A DNA stretch of 64,000 nucleotides from Alphaproteobacteria bacterium (GCA_003246625.1 QJZR01000014.1:7219-71218), one strand, 5' to 3'; counted from the stretch's first letter, positions 1-9,305 are shown. A program made the numbers and translations. Notes: generated by a model from the sequence alone, not told the origin.

Positions 1-147
1 CTGCACGAGGTCTGGGGATACAACCCGGCGGTGACCACCCACACCCTGGAGACCCACGTCTATCGCCTGCGGCAGAAGATCGAGAAAGACCCCTCCAACG
101 CCAGCATCCTGGTCACCGACGCGGGCGGCTATCGGCTGGTGCCGTAA
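1..147 (+). CDS. OmpR-family response regulator, C-terminal winged-helix (partial, 5' end outside window)
   Basis: Frame 1 reads [51 protein letters not shown], a typical trans_reg_C ending. Confidence 0.85.
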   Translation: MHEVWGYNPAVTTHTLETHVYRLRQKIEKDPSNASILVTDAGGYRLVP

Positions 148-150
148 GCC

Positions 151-210
151 AAACCCGAAAACGGCGCGAAGGGCCTTGGGCCCTCCGCGCCTTCCGTTCC
201 TTTCGGTTTT
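151..210. repeat. Solo hairpin arm of the dispersed repeat family; probable bidirectional terminator
   Basis: AAACCCGAAA..GCGCGAAGGGCCTTGGGCCCTCCGCGC..TTTCGGTTTT between convergent genes; the GCGAAGGGCCTTGGGCC core also occurs in the copy at 47555-47737. Confidence 0.6.
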
Positions 211-891
211 TCACTTCACGGTGAACAGCAGGCGGGGCAGGCCGTCGACGCGGGCTTCCACCCGGGCGCCGGGGTCCAGGGCGCCGACGCCCGAGGGCGT
301 GCCGGTGAAAATCAGGTCCCCCGCCTTGAGTTCGACGAAGGTGGAGAGATTCGCCAGAACCTCGGCCACCGACCAGATCATTTGCGAGATCGTGCCGTTC
401 TGCCGTTCCTTGCCGTCGACGGACAGGCGGATGGCGGTGCCGGGTTCGATCATCGCGCGGTCGCGGGGCAGGATGCGGCCGATCGGCGCCGAGGCGTCGA
501 AGCCCTTTCCCATGTCCCAGGGGCGCCCGGTCTTTTTCGCCTCTTCCTGCAGGTCGCGGCGGGTCAGGTCCACCCCCACCGCATAGCCGAAGACCGCCGC
601 CTCGGCGTCTTTCGGCGAAAGGTCGCGGCCGCCGGATTTCAGCGCCACCACCAGTTCGACCTCGTGGTGCAGCTGTTTCGTCTTCGGCGGATAGGGAACG
701 GCGTGTCCCTGGATCACCGCGTCGGCGGGCTTGCCGAAAAAGAACGGCGGTTCGCGCGAGGGGTCGGACCCCATCTCGCGGGCATGATCCGCATAGTTGC
801 GGCCGACGCAATAGATGCGCCGCACCGGGAAAAGCCCGCCGCCCTCGACGGCGACGCAGGGAACCGTAAGCGCTGTCTGGAATTTACCCAT
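211..891 (-). CDS. Fumarylacetoacetate hydrolase family protein
   Basis: RIYCVGRNYADH, FFGKP, HHEVEL, GKGFD and GDLIFTGTPSGVG motifs; AGGAGG RBS before ATG at 891. Confidence 0.92.
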   Translation of the reverse strand: MGKFQTALTVPCVAVEGGGLFPVRRIYCVGRNYADHAREMGSDPSREPPFFFGKPADAVIQGHAVPYPPKTKQLHHEVELVVALKSGGRDLSPKDAEAAVFGYAVGVDLTRRDLQEEAKKTGRPWDMGKGFDASAPIGRILPRDRAMIEPGTAIRLSVDGKERQNGTISQMIWSVAEVLANLSTFVELKAGDLIFTGTPSGVGALDPGARVEARVDGLPRLLFTVK

Positions 892-933
892 TCGGAACCT
901 CCTGTGAGGTTCCGATGTAGGATCGCCCGGGGC

Positions 934-969
934 AAAATAAAAGCGCCCGGCTAGGGGGAAGCCGGGCGC
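934..969 (-). terminator. Intrinsic terminator
   Basis: Minus strand GCGCCCGGCT-TCCCCCT-AGCCGGGCGC (perfect 10-bp stem) followed by TTTTATTTT. Confidence 0.75.
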
Positions 970-1077
970 CGGGTCTCCTATCGGAGCGAAGGGGCGGCTG
1001 GGGGGGCCGCTTTTCCTTCCGAGGGACACCATTGCAGTGCCCACCCATAAACCACAGGTGGGAATGTGTCGGACAAT
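934..1077 (-). ncRNA. Candidate ~140-nt sRNA or attenuator leader
   Basis: Bounded by a sigma70-like promoter and a terminator; several hairpins, two with C-rich loops; no convincing CDS. Confidence 0.5.
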
Positions 1078-1083
1078 CCACCA

Positions 1084-1112
1084 CCTATACTATACGCATA
1101 TCAGGATTGCAA
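1084..1112 (-). promoter_or_regulatory. Putative sigma70 promoter
   Basis: Minus strand TTGCAA-N17-TATAGG in an AT-rich patch. Confidence 0.55.
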
Positions 1113-1150
1113 AATGTGCATGGCGGCTGTGCCGCGCGGAAAATTCAGCC

Positions 1151-1798
1151 TCAGGGTGGCGTCGGCCGGGCGAACAGGGACTCCGACAGACGCAGGCCGG
1201 TTTCGGGATTCTGCAAGGTGACCGTCGTCACGATTCCCTGTGCGTCGGTGACCCGCCACTGGCCGAGGGCGAAGGGAGTCTTGGTGAAGACCAGGGTCAG
1301 CATGCCGACGGTGGGATCCTTGCGCGAAACCACCGAGATTTCGACGATCCCCGGGAATTCCTTGACCGCCTTGACCCGCGCCGAGGGGCCGGACAGGTCG
1401 ACTTTCTTTTGCAGCAGCAACCCGGCGGGGGTGGCGTCGAAGTCGAGATAGCTCATCTGCTGCAGCTTGGTGTCGACGAAGGTGAAGTAATAGCCGTCGG
1501 CGACCACCAGAACCGGCACCGGCGGGTCGTATTCGACGCGCAGGCGGCCGGGGCGTGACAGGTAGACGGTCCCTTCGGAGACGTCGCCGTTCGAGGTCGC
1601 TTGCAGGAAGCGGGACTTCAGGGTGTGCAGGCGGCCGAGTTCGGCCTCGGCCTGGCGCACGAAGGCGGTCTGCCGCGGCGAAAGAACGATGTCGCGGGCC
1701 TCGGGCCCGGGTTCGTTCGCGCGGGCCGCGTCCGCCCCGCCGATCGCCAGGGAAAGCATGGCCGCCGCCAGCAGGCGCGCGCCGAAACCGAATTTCAT
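1151..1798 (-). CDS. lolA: Outer-membrane lipoprotein carrier LolA family
   Basis: Signal peptide, [22 protein letters not shown] motif; ATGA overlap with ftsK. Confidence 0.88.
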   Translation of the reverse strand: MKFGFGARLLAAAMLSLAIGGADAARANEPGPEARDIVLSPRQTAFVRQAEAELGRLHTLKSRFLQATSNGDVSEGTVYLSRPGRLRVEYDPPVPVLVVADGYYFTFVDTKLQQMSYLDFDATPAGLLLQKKVDLSGPSARVKAVKEFPGIVEISVVSRKDPTVGMLTLVFTKTPFALGQWRVTDAQGIVTTVTLQNPETGLRLSESLFARPTPP

Positions 1799-4170
1799 TC
1801 CGAACCCCCACCCAGGATTTCCCGCTTGCCGACATGGTTGGCGGGACCGACCAGACCGGCGCGCTCCATCGCCTCGATGATGCGCGCCGCGCGGTTATAG
1901 CCGATTTGCAGGTGCCGTTGAATAAAACTGGTGGAGGCCTTGCGTTCGCGCAAGACCAGGGCCACCGCCTGGTCGTAGAGGGGGTCGTTGGCCTCGGGAT
2001 CGTCGTCGGGGGCGTCGCCGAATTCGGCGTCGGGGTCCTCGGTCACCTGATCCAGATAGTCGGGGTCGCCCTGGGCGCGCAGGAAGGCGGCGACGTCCTC
2101 CACCTCCTGGTCCGAGACGAACGGCCCGTGCACGCGGGTGATCCGTCCGCCCGCCGCCATGTAGAGCATGTCGCCCTGGCCGAGAAGCTGCTCTGCCCCC
2201 TGTTCACCCAGGATGGTGCGGCTGTCGATCTTCGAAGTCACCTGGAAGCTGATGCGGGTGGGGAAGTTGGCCTTGATCGTGCCGGTGATCACGTCCACCG
2301 AGGGACGCTGCGTCGCCATGATCAGGTGGATGCCCGCGGCGCGCGCCATCTGCGCCAGACGCTGGATGGCGCCTTCCACGTCCTTGCCCGCGACCAGCAT
2401 CAGGTCGGCCATTTCGTCGACGACGACGACGATGTTGGGCAAGGGCTTCAGCGCCAGTTCCTGTTCCTCGTAGATCGGCTCGCCGGTTTCGGGGTCGAAG
2501 CCGGTCTGCACGGTGCGGGTCAGGGTTTCCCCCTTGTCGCGCGCCAGGATGAGCTTCTGGTTGTAGCCCTGGATGTTGCGCACCCCGACCTGGCTCATCG
2601 CGCGATAGCGGTCTTCCATTTCGCGCACCGCCCATTTCAGCGCCACCACCGCCTTGCCGGGGTCGGTGACCACCGGGGCGAGCAGATGGGGGATGCCGTC
2701 ATAGACGGAGAGTTCCAGCATCTTGGGGTCGATCATGATCAGGCGGCATTGCTCGGGCGTCAGGCGATAGAGCAGGGACAGGATCATGGTGTTGATCGCC
2801 ACCGACTTGCCCGACCCGGTGGTGCCCGCGATCAGAAGGTGGGGCATGCGGGCAAGGTCGACGTATTCCGCGCCGCCGCCGATGTCCTTGCCCAGGGCCA
2901 GGCACAGCGCCTGCTGCGACTTGACGAAGGCGTCGGAGGTCAGAAGTTCGCGCAGATAGACGGTTTCGCGGCGGGCGTTGGGCAGCTCGATGCCGATGAC
3001 GTTACGGCCGGGCACCGCCGCGATGCGGGCGGAGACCGCGCTCATCGAGCGGGCGATGTCGTCGGCCAGGCCGACCACCCGCGCCGTCTTGGTCCCCGGC
3101 GCCGGTTCCAGTTCGTAGAGGGTGACCACCGGGCCGGGGCGGATCTTGACGATCTCGCCGTTGACGCCGAACTCCGCCAGCACCGATTCCAGCAGCCGGG
3201 CGTTTTGGGTCAGTCCCTCGTCGGTGGTCTTGGGCCGGGCGCCCAGCTTCGGCGCGGCAAGAAGGTCCAGGGGCGGCAGTTCGAAGACGCCGGACTTGCG
3301 GCGGCCGAGCGCCAGGCGGCCCTGGCGGGCGCGCTGGGTTTCCTGGGGGTTGGCGGCGGCGGCGGGGCGATCGACGATCGGCGCTTCTTCCTCTTCCTCG
3401 TCGGGGCCGTCCGTCGTGTCGGCGGAACCCAGGTTGGGTTCGGGGCGGTCGCCGCGCGTCCGCGCGGCGGCGGTCAGCGCGGGGTCGCGGCGGCGGCGGG
3501 CGCGGGGTTCGGCCTGGGGTTCGGCGGCGGGGCGGCGGGCGAACAGCCGCAGCGGCGCGCGCAGGACGACGAAAACCAGCCAGGCGAGAATCCCCCACAA
3601 ACGCGGGTCCACCGCCGAGGCGAAGGCGATCAGGCTCAGCGCCAGGGGCACGCCGAGCCCCCAGGTGGCGACCGGGGCGGTCCAGGCGGGCAGGGGGGCC
3701 TGCATCAGGGGATCGAGATGCAGGCGCAACAGGGCTCCGGCGGCGCCGCCCCAACCGGCGGCGACCGGCGCGTGTTCGCGCCAGGGAAGATAGGTCAACG
3801 CCAGGCAAAGCGGCGGCAGCGACAGCAACAGGGCGGCCAATCGCAACAAGGGCTGCGTCGGCGGCCGCAGGATCAGCCAGCGCACCCCCCAGGCGGCGAA
3901 GACGAAGGCCAGCGCCCAGGCGGCGACGCCGATGCCCTGGAACAGCAGGTCGGCGAAGGTCGCCCCCACCCAGCCGAGAAGGTTGCGCACCGGCGCGTTG
4001 GAGGCGCTGTTCCACGAGGGGTCGCCGGCATGGTGGGTGGCGAACGCCACCGCCGCCGCGCCCGCCACGGCGACCACCAGCAGGCCGAAGGTCCGAACCC
4101 CGCTTCGCCGCAGCAGGCGGGCCAGGGATTCGGGCAGGAAGCGGCGGGGCGCGTTGGCGCGGCGGGTCAT
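1795..4170 (-). CDS. ftsK: DNA translocase FtsK
   Basis: N-terminal TM region, [13 protein letters not shown] Walker [10 protein letters not shown] Walker [13 protein letters not shown], gamma domain [20 protein letters not shown]; real start MTRRANAP at 4170. Confidence 0.96.
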   Translation of the reverse strand: MTRRANAPRRFLPESLARLLRRSGVRTFGLLVVAVAGAAAVAFATHHAGDPSWNSASNAPVRNLLGWVGATFADLLFQGIGVAAWALAFVFAAWGVRWLILRPPTQPLLRLAALLLSLPPLCLALTYLPWREHAPVAAGWGGAAGALLRLHLDPLMQAPLPAWTAPVATWGLGVPLALSLIAFASAVDPRLWGILAWLVFVVLRAPLRLFARRPAAEPQAEPRARRRRDPALTAAARTRGDRPEPNLGSADTTDGPDEEEEEAPIVDRPAAAANPQETQRARQGRLALGRRKSGVFELPPLDLLAAPKLGARPKTTDEGLTQNARLLESVLAEFGVNGEIVKIRPGPVVTLYELEPAPGTKTARVVGLADDIARSMSAVSARIAAVPGRNVIGIELPNARRETVYLRELLTSDAFVKSQQALCLALGKDIGGGAEYVDLARMPHLLIAGTTGSGKSVAINTMILSLLYRLTPEQCRLIMIDPKMLELSVYDGIPHLLAPVVTDPGKAVVALKWAVREMEDRYRAMSQVGVRNIQGYNQKLILARDKGETLTRTVQTGFDPETGEPIYEEQELALKPLPNIVVVVDEMADLMLVAGKDVEGAIQRLAQMARAAGIHLIMATQRPSVDVITGTIKANFPTRISFQVTSKIDSRTILGEQGAEQLLGQGDMLYMAAGGRITRVHGPFVSDQEVEDVAAFLRAQGDPDYLDQVTEDPDAEFGDAPDDDPEANDPLYDQAVALVLRERKASTSFIQRHLQIGYNRAARIIEAMERAGLVGPANHVGKREILGGGSE

Positions 4171-5390
4171 CGGCGGGGCCCTCCGTCGAGAAGGGCGCGC
4201 AGGGTGGAAAGGCCGCGCGTCACGGTTTCCTCGTCGTGCACCAGGGCGATGCGGACGAAGGCGTGCCCCGCGTTGCCGTTGGGGGCGCGCGGGTCGTCGG
4301 CGGTGAGGTAGCGGCCGGGGACGACGCGGATGCCGCCTTCCTGCCAGAAGCGTTTCGCCGCGGCCTCGCCGTCGCCGACGTCGAGCCAAAGGAAGAACCC
4401 GCCCTGCGGCCGCAGGTAACCCGGATACCCGGCGAAGATGCGGTCGGCGGCGGCGACCAGACGGGCGTAATGGGCGCGGTTGGCGGCGGCGTGCGCGTCG
4501 TCGCCCCAAAGCGCGGCGGAGGCCGCCTGGATCGGCAGCGGCATCGCCACCGCGGCATAGGAACGCAGCTTGAGGAAGGCGCGCAGGATGCGGGCGTCCC
4601 CGGCGACGAAGCCGGAACGCAGGCCCGGCGCGCTGGACCGCTTGGACAGGGAGTGGAAGACCACCACGTTGGCGAAGGGTTCCCCCCCGTCCGCGTCCAG
4701 GGCGTGCGCGGCGTTGAGGCCCGACGGCGGGGCCTCGCCGAAGTAGAGGTCGGAATAGCACTCGTCGCAGGCCAGCACGAAATCGTGCCGCCGCGCCAGG
4801 CGCACCAGCCCGGTCAGACGGTCGAGGTCGGCGACCGCGCCCTCGGGATTGCTGGGCGAGCAGAAGATGGCGAGGGCCGCGCGCTCCAGGACGTCTTCGG
4901 GCAGGGCGGCGTAATCGGGCAGGAAGCCGCCCTCCTTCGATGCGGGCACCAACACCGGCTCCGCCCCCGACATCTCGGCGGCGGCGCGATAGACCTGATA
5001 ATAGGGGTTGGGCATCAGCACCGCCGGGCGGCGGCCGTTCTTTTCCTGCGGTACGGCGGCCAGGGCGAACAGGAACAGCGCCTCGCGCGAGCCCGCGGCG
5101 GACAGGACGTGCCGCGCCGGGTCGACGCACCCTGCGGGCAGGCCGAATCGGCGGGTCAGCCAGGCGGCGCAGGCGGCGCGCAGTTCGGGCGTGCCGTCGT
5201 TGGGCGGATAGCGGTTCCACAGGTGGGCGTTGGCGGCGACGATTTCCGCCACCCAGGGAGGGGGCGGCAACTGCGGTTCGCCGATCGACATCGCCAGGGT
5301 GTTTTCGACCGCCGGGGCCAACGGGTCGAGCAGCGCGCGCAAACGGACGAAGGCGCTGCCGGGCAGGCGGTCGAGGGCGGGGTTGGTCAT
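4167..5390 (-). CDS. PLP-dependent aminotransferase class I/II (DapC-like)
   Basis: [22 protein letters not shown] and [15 protein letters not shown] motifs; overlaps ftsK start. Confidence 0.9.
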   Translation of the reverse strand: MTNPALDRLPGSAFVRLRALLDPLAPAVENTLAMSIGEPQLPPPPWVAEIVAANAHLWNRYPPNDGTPELRAACAAWLTRRFGLPAGCVDPARHVLSAAGSREALFLFALAAVPQEKNGRRPAVLMPNPYYQVYRAAAEMSGAEPVLVPASKEGGFLPDYAALPEDVLERAALAIFCSPSNPEGAVADLDRLTGLVRLARRHDFVLACDECYSDLYFGEAPPSGLNAAHALDADGGEPFANVVVFHSLSKRSSAPGLRSGFVAGDARILRAFLKLRSYAAVAMPLPIQAASAALWGDDAHAAANRAHYARLVAAADRIFAGYPGYLRPQGGFFLWLDVGDGEAAAKRFWQEGGIRVVPGRYLTADDPRAPNGNAGHAFVRIALVHDEETVTRGLSTLRALLDGGPRR

Positions 5391-5494
5391 CGGCGGTCCT
5401 TGCGGGCGGCGGCCCGCATCATGGGAAATTCAACCATGCATAGGGTATAGCCGAAAAATCCGACTCGGGCCACTCCCGCCGCCGAGGACCCGGA

Positions 5495-5965
5495 TCAGAA
5501 CAGGAAGTGCAGGTGGCGGAGCAGGAATTCCGGCGGCAACAGATAAAGCAGCGCCAGGACGAGCAAGGGCAGGCCGGTGCCGATGGAGCGGCTGAGCCAT
5601 TTGACGTTGCTTTCCTCCGGCGGCACCAGGAACAGGTTGCCGATCGACATTCCGGCGAGCAGCACGGCAAAGCCGGTTTCCCCCAGGCCGAACACCGGCG
5701 GCACTTCCATGCCGGTGACCGGCGCGGTGCGGAAATAGACCATGCGCATCATCAGAATGACCATCAGCGACAGCGAGCAGTACAGGAAGGTCTTGCGGCG
5801 CGAACGGGTGAGGACGACGCGCGGCGCGGTGCGCGCGGTCAGGTATTCCACCTCGTCGTCGTCCAGTTCCTTGTTGATCGGCGAGGTGCCGAACATCGCC
5901 TTCTCGTCCTCGAACGGAAGGTTGGGTTCGGCGGCTCCGGTTCCCTCGGTCTTCTTGTCGCTCAT
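5495..5965 (-). CDS. Hypothetical membrane protein (156 aa, acidic N-terminus, about 3 TM segments)
   Basis: Codon usage like neighbouring genes, GAGA-type RBS, hydrophobic C-terminal segments; family not recognised. Confidence 0.7.
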   Translation of the reverse strand: MSDKKTEGTGAAEPNLPFEDEKAMFGTSPINKELDDDEVEYLTARTAPRVVLTRSRRKTFLYCSLSLMVILMMRMVYFRTAPVTGMEVPPVFGLGETGFAVLLAGMSIGNLFLVPPEESNVKWLSRSIGTGLPLLVLALLYLLPPEFLLRHLHFLF

Positions 5966-6049
5966 CGGCAAGGTCTCCCTCTTCCCGCAGTGGCTCTTCG
6001 CTCGGCATGCCGTATACCCCGTCCGCGCGGCGGCGTCAAAACCGGCGAG

Positions 6050-6079
6050 AAAAATGGCCCGGTGGAAAACCACCGGGCC
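6050..6079 (-). terminator. Intrinsic terminator
   Basis: Minus strand GGCCCGGTGG-TTTT-CCACCGGGCC-ATTTTT, perfect 10-bp stem. Confidence 0.8.
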
Positions 6080-6209
6080 GGAGTCTCGGGAGGAACAAAC
6101 ACTGATACTCAGGAAACCAAACCATCCCCGCACTGCCGGGACGATCCGTCCGAAGGGCGAAGTCGCCTGGACGGGGTTGCCTCACTGAAAGCCTGAGGCC
6201 TCAGCACTC
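6050..6209 (-). ncRNA. Candidate suhB/alpha-r8 (MmgR/GsrN-like) small RNA, ~160 nt
   Basis: TTCCTCCC-GAGACT-CCGGCC directly before the terminator resembles the family core TTCCTCCC-NAGACT-NNGGCC (recalled, not searched); sigma54-type promoter upstream. Confidence 0.65.
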
Positions 6210-6220
6210 GCGGATAACTT

Positions 6221-6237
6221 TGCATCCCTTGTGCCAA
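6221..6237 (-). promoter_or_regulatory. Putative sigma54 (-24/-12) promoter
   Basis: Minus strand TTGGCACAAGGGATGCA versus consensus YTGGCACGRNNNTTGCW, exact GG/GC spacing. Confidence 0.65.
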
Positions 6238-6438
6238 ACGCCGAGAAACGTCAGAACCCCTGACATTTCAACGGGTTCCGCGCGAATGGCGGGAAAATCT
6301 TCATGTCGAATGCGCGGCAATGGAACAAAAGCGCGCCGCGATGGAGGGGTTCTGACCAAAAAATAAGCGCCCGCCGCATTGCCGCTTCCCTGGGCGGCGT
6401 GCGATGATCGGCGCACGGAAAAGATACGGAGACGACGG

Positions 6439-7005
6439 ATGCCCCCCTCCCTGGCGGTGACGGCGCGGCGCTTGGCGCGCTGGCCGCTGGTCCACTGGAT
6501 GGACCGGCGCCTGGGGTTCCCCGATCGCGGCGGGGAGCCCGACATCGGCTTTCTCGCCGACGATTCCCGCCATTTCGAGCTGTTCGCCAGTTGGCTACAC
6601 GCGCAATGGAGCGCGCCGCGCGGCGAATCCCTGGGTCAGCGGCGCCGGATGCTGCGCGCCCAAATGAACCTGGACCGCCTGCCGATCGCGCTGGTCGCCT
6701 ATTGGCAAGGCAGTCCCGCCGGGATCGTCAGCCTGCGTGCCGACGACCTGCACAGCCGTCCGGATCTGACTCCGTGGCTGTCCGCCCTTTACGTCGATCC
6801 CGCCTTGCGCGGACGCGGTATCGGCCGGGCGCTGGTGCGCGCCACCCTCGACCTTGCCGCCTGGATGGGATACCCCCGCGTCTTCCTGTTCACCACCGAC
6901 CGGCAAAGCCTGTACGCGGAACTCGGCTGGAACCTCCTGCCCAGGCTGCCCGGGGAGGCGAAGCTGTCGCCGCCGCCCGACGTCTTTTCCGCGGCAACCC
7001 GGTAA
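6439..7005 (+). CDS. GNAT family N-acetyltransferase
   Basis: PWLSALYVDPALRGRGIGRALV acetyl-CoA motif; GGAGA RBS before ATG 6439 (start could be later). Confidence 0.85.
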   Translation: MPPSLAVTARRLARWPLVHWMDRRLGFPDRGGEPDIGFLADDSRHFELFASWLHAQWSAPRGESLGQRRRMLRAQMNLDRLPIALVAYWQGSPAGIVSLRADDLHSRPDLTPWLSALYVDPALRGRGIGRALVRATLDLAAWMGYPRVFLFTTDRQSLYAELGWNLLPRLPGEAKLSPPPDVFSAATR

Positions 7006-7204
7006 AACCAGGCCGGGCTCTGCCCGGACCCGCAAAGGGCCTTGGGCCCTTTGATCCCGTTTGTTGGTTTTTCGCCGCGCAACGGCTATCCGCCATCAGG
7101 TTGCCACGTGACGGTTTGATCGCGCTGACGCGCAAAAACTGAAATTCATGGGATCAAAGGGGCTGGCCCCTTTGCGGGTCCGGGCGGCGCCCGGCCTGGT
7201 TTTT
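7004..7204. repeat. Dispersed palindromic repeat, copy 1 (REPIN/MITE-like)
   Basis: About 55-bp imperfect terminal inverted repeats AAAACCAGGCCGGGC..CCCGCAAAGGG..CCCTTTGATCCC around core TTTTCGCCGCG...CGCGCAAAAAC. Confidence 0.9.
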
Positions 7205-7394
7205 ACCGCCCGTGTTCCTCGGGGGAGAAGCGGCGGGCTTCCTCGGCCAGCATGATCGGCACGCCGTCGCGGATGGGATAGGCGATGCCCAGCGCGTCGT
7301 TGACCAGTTCCTGCGCCTCGCGGTCGTAGCGCAGGGGCAGTTTCGACATCGGGCAGACCAGCAGGGAGAGGAGCTTGGGATCGACTTCGGTCAT
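7203..7394 (-). CDS. Trm112/UPF0434 (YcaR) family protein
   Basis: [17 protein letters not shown]...[12 protein letters not shown]. Confidence 0.92.
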   Translation of the reverse strand: MTEVDPKLLSLLVCPMSKLPLRYDREAQELVNDALGIAYPIRDGVPIMLAEEARRFSPEEHGR

Positions 7395-7410
7395 CGCGGG
7401 GCCTTTCGCA

Positions 7411-8091
7411 TCATTGCGGCGCGTCGCCGCCGCCGGCGACCGCCCCCATTTCCATCAGGGCGCACAGGGCGTTGAAGCGGTGTTCCAGGGTCAACGCCTC
7501 CAGCAGCGCCTGTTTTTCCGGCGTTTCGAAGGGCAGGGCCATCGACAGGGTGACCACCAGCGAGGGCACGGACAGGGCGTCCAGCGCCCTGAGGTCGAGG
7601 TCGAGGGAATGCGCCTCGACATAGCGTTTCAGGGCGGAGACGAGGCGGGCCTTCGGCGCGGAAACCGGGCCGCCCGAGGGGTTGGCGACGTCGTCGCGAT
7701 AGGGGGCGTAGTCCACCGCCAGACGGCGATAGCCCGCCACCGGTTCGGCCTCGGACCGCACGCGGAAACGGCAGATGCCCAGCAGCACCGCCAGCATTTG
7801 GTGGGCGTCGGTTTCGGAAAACTGGACGATGCGGCCGACGGTGCCCACCGAATAGAACGGCTGCGGCGCCTCGCCCACCGTGTCTTCGCCGCCCATCGGC
7901 TGGATCATGCCGAACAGGCGCCCCTGTCCCAGGGAATCTTGCACCAGGGACAGATAGCGCGGCTCGAACACGTTGAGCGGCAGACGGCCCCCCGGCAGCA
8001 GAATCACCCGCGGCAGGGGGAAGACCGGCAGAATCGCCGGAAGGTCGTCGAACCCGGTCGAGAAGGGATCCTTGGGCATCCTCGCCCCCAT
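7411..8091 (-). CDS. LON peptidase substrate-binding domain protein
   Basis: [24 protein letters not shown]; start may be ATG 8079. Confidence 0.9.
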   Translation of the reverse strand: MGARMPKDPFSTGFDDLPAILPVFPLPRVILLPGGRLPLNVFEPRYLSLVQDSLGQGRLFGMIQPMGGEDTVGEAPQPFYSVGTVGRIVQFSETDAHQMLAVLLGICRFRVRSEAEPVAGYRRLAVDYAPYRDDVANPSGGPVSAPKARLVSALKRYVEAHSLDLDLRALDALSVPSLVVTLSMALPFETPEKQALLEALTLEHRFNALCALMEMGAVAGGGDAPQ

Positions 8092-8103
8092 GGAAAACCT
8101 TTT

Positions 8104-9021
8104 TTACACCATCAATATCATTTGCAACTGCCGCCGACCGGCCTTGCCCACCGGGTCGGCGGGGCCCAGGGCCTCGATGATCTTGAGCAGCCGCTTGCGC
8201 GCGCCGTCCTCGTTCCAGGAGCGGTCGCGGCGCACGATTTCCAGAAGCTCGTGAAGCGCCGTGGCGGCGTCGCCCCGCGCATAGGCGGACATCGCCAGGT
8301 CGAAGCGCGCCTGGTGGTCGTTCGGATCGGCGTCCAGGCGGGCCTTCGCCGCCTCGGGGTCGATGTTTCCGCCCTCGGCGGCCAGTTCCAGGGTGGCGGC
8401 GACGGCGGCGATTTCCGGGTGTTTCTTCAACTCGTCGGGAATCTGGCCGAGAATCTCGCGCGCCTTGTCCACCCGTCCGGCGGCCAGGTTGCAGCGCAGA
8501 AAACCGGCGATCGCCCCCGGGTTGCCCGGCGCCACCTGAAGAATCTGTTGATAGAGCCCGACCGCCTGGCCGATGTCGCCGTCGGCCAGGGCGGCGCGCG
8601 CGGCGTCCAGCATCGCGTCGATTTGCGCGTTCATCTGCGCGTTGCCGGTCAGGCGGTCGATGAAGGCGGCCAGTTCGCGTTCGCCCTGGGCGCCGGCGAT
8701 CATGTCGACCGGGCGGCCGCCCTTGATCGCGAAGATCGTGGGGACCGAACGCACCTGCATCTGCTGCGCCAGCTGCTGGTTTTCCTCGACGTTGACCTTG
8801 GCCAGTTTGACCCGGCCCTGCGCGCCGCGGACCAGGCGTTCGAGCAGCGGCGTCAACTGTTTGCACGGGCCGCACCAGGGCGCCCAGAAATCGACGATGA
8901 CCGGCACCTGCATCGAGGCGTCGATGACGTCCTGCATGAAGGTCTGGGTGGTGACGTCCTTGACGAGGTCCGGCGCGGCGTTGCCGCCCTGCGCGGCGCG
9001 ATCGCCGAAAATCAAATCCAT
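8104..9021 (-). CDS. ybbN: Thioredoxin-TPR co-chaperone YbbN/CnoX
   Basis: VIVDFWAPWCGPCKQL followed by TPR region ending ARKRLLKIIEALG...RRQLQMIL. Confidence 0.92.
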   Translation of the reverse strand: MDLIFGDRAAQGGNAAPDLVKDVTTQTFMQDVIDASMQVPVIVDFWAPWCGPCKQLTPLLERLVRGAQGRVKLAKVNVEENQQLAQQMQVRSVPTIFAIKGGRPVDMIAGAQGERELAAFIDRLTGNAQMNAQIDAMLDAARAALADGDIGQAVGLYQQILQVAPGNPGAIAGFLRCNLAAGRVDKAREILGQIPDELKKHPEIAAVAATLELAAEGGNIDPEAAKARLDADPNDHQARFDLAMSAYARGDAATALHELLEIVRRDRSWNEDGARKRLLKIIEALGPADPVGKAGRRQLQMILMV

Positions 9022-9079
9022 GACACGCTGATCCGCTTGAAGGTTCCTTGCCCGGTGGGGGGCTTTTTCGCTTCTCAAA

Positions 9080-9106
9080 ATGGGGCTTTCCGTCAGATCA
9101 GGCAAG
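9080..9106 (-). promoter_or_regulatory. Putative RpoH (sigma32) promoter
   Basis: Minus strand CTTGCC-N15-CCCCAT upstream of a chaperone/proteostasis operon. Confidence 0.5.
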
Positions 9107-9153
9107 CCTTAACGGGGATTTGAGCCCCTGTCGCGAGACCGCATTTTTTTTTG

Positions 9154-9181
9154 TTGCATTCCCCGTTATCCCCGATATAGT
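9154..9181 (+). promoter_or_regulatory. Putative sigma70 promoter of tRNA-Gly
   Basis: TTGCAT-N16-TATAGT. Confidence 0.55.
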
Positions 9182-9224
9182 CGCGGGCCTCGGCGGCACC
9201 CACGAGGTGCAAAGCCGGTGGAGC

Positions 9225-9299
9225 GCGGGCGTAGCTCAGGGGTAGAGCACAACCTTGCCAAGGTTGGGGTCGAGGGTTCGAATCCCTTCGCCCGCTCCA
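9225..9299 (+). tRNA. tRNA-Gly (GCC)
   Basis: GCGGGCG acceptor stem, CAACC-TT-GCC-AA-GGTTG anticodon arm, GAGGG-TTCGAAT-CCCTT T arm, encoded CCA. Confidence 0.98.
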
Positions 9300-9305
9300 A
9301 TTTCC

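Noticed and set aside
1005-1030. SRP (4.5S) or 6S RNA identity for the 934-1077 RNA because of GGAAGGAA
   Set aside because: It lacks the CAGG/AGCA symmetric loop of SRP helix 8, the long rod with central bubble of 6S, and the usual ygfA context.
884-1084. 66-aa ORF MVDCPTHSHLW overlapping the candidate sRNA
   Set aside because: GTG start inside the predicted -10 region, no RBS, runs through a terminator, atypical codon usage.
9225-9299. Integrative element at tRNA-Gly or tRNA-Thr
   Set aside because: I found no duplicated tRNA 3' end (att site) and no integrase in the window; the flanking clusters may be accessory, but this cannot be shown here.
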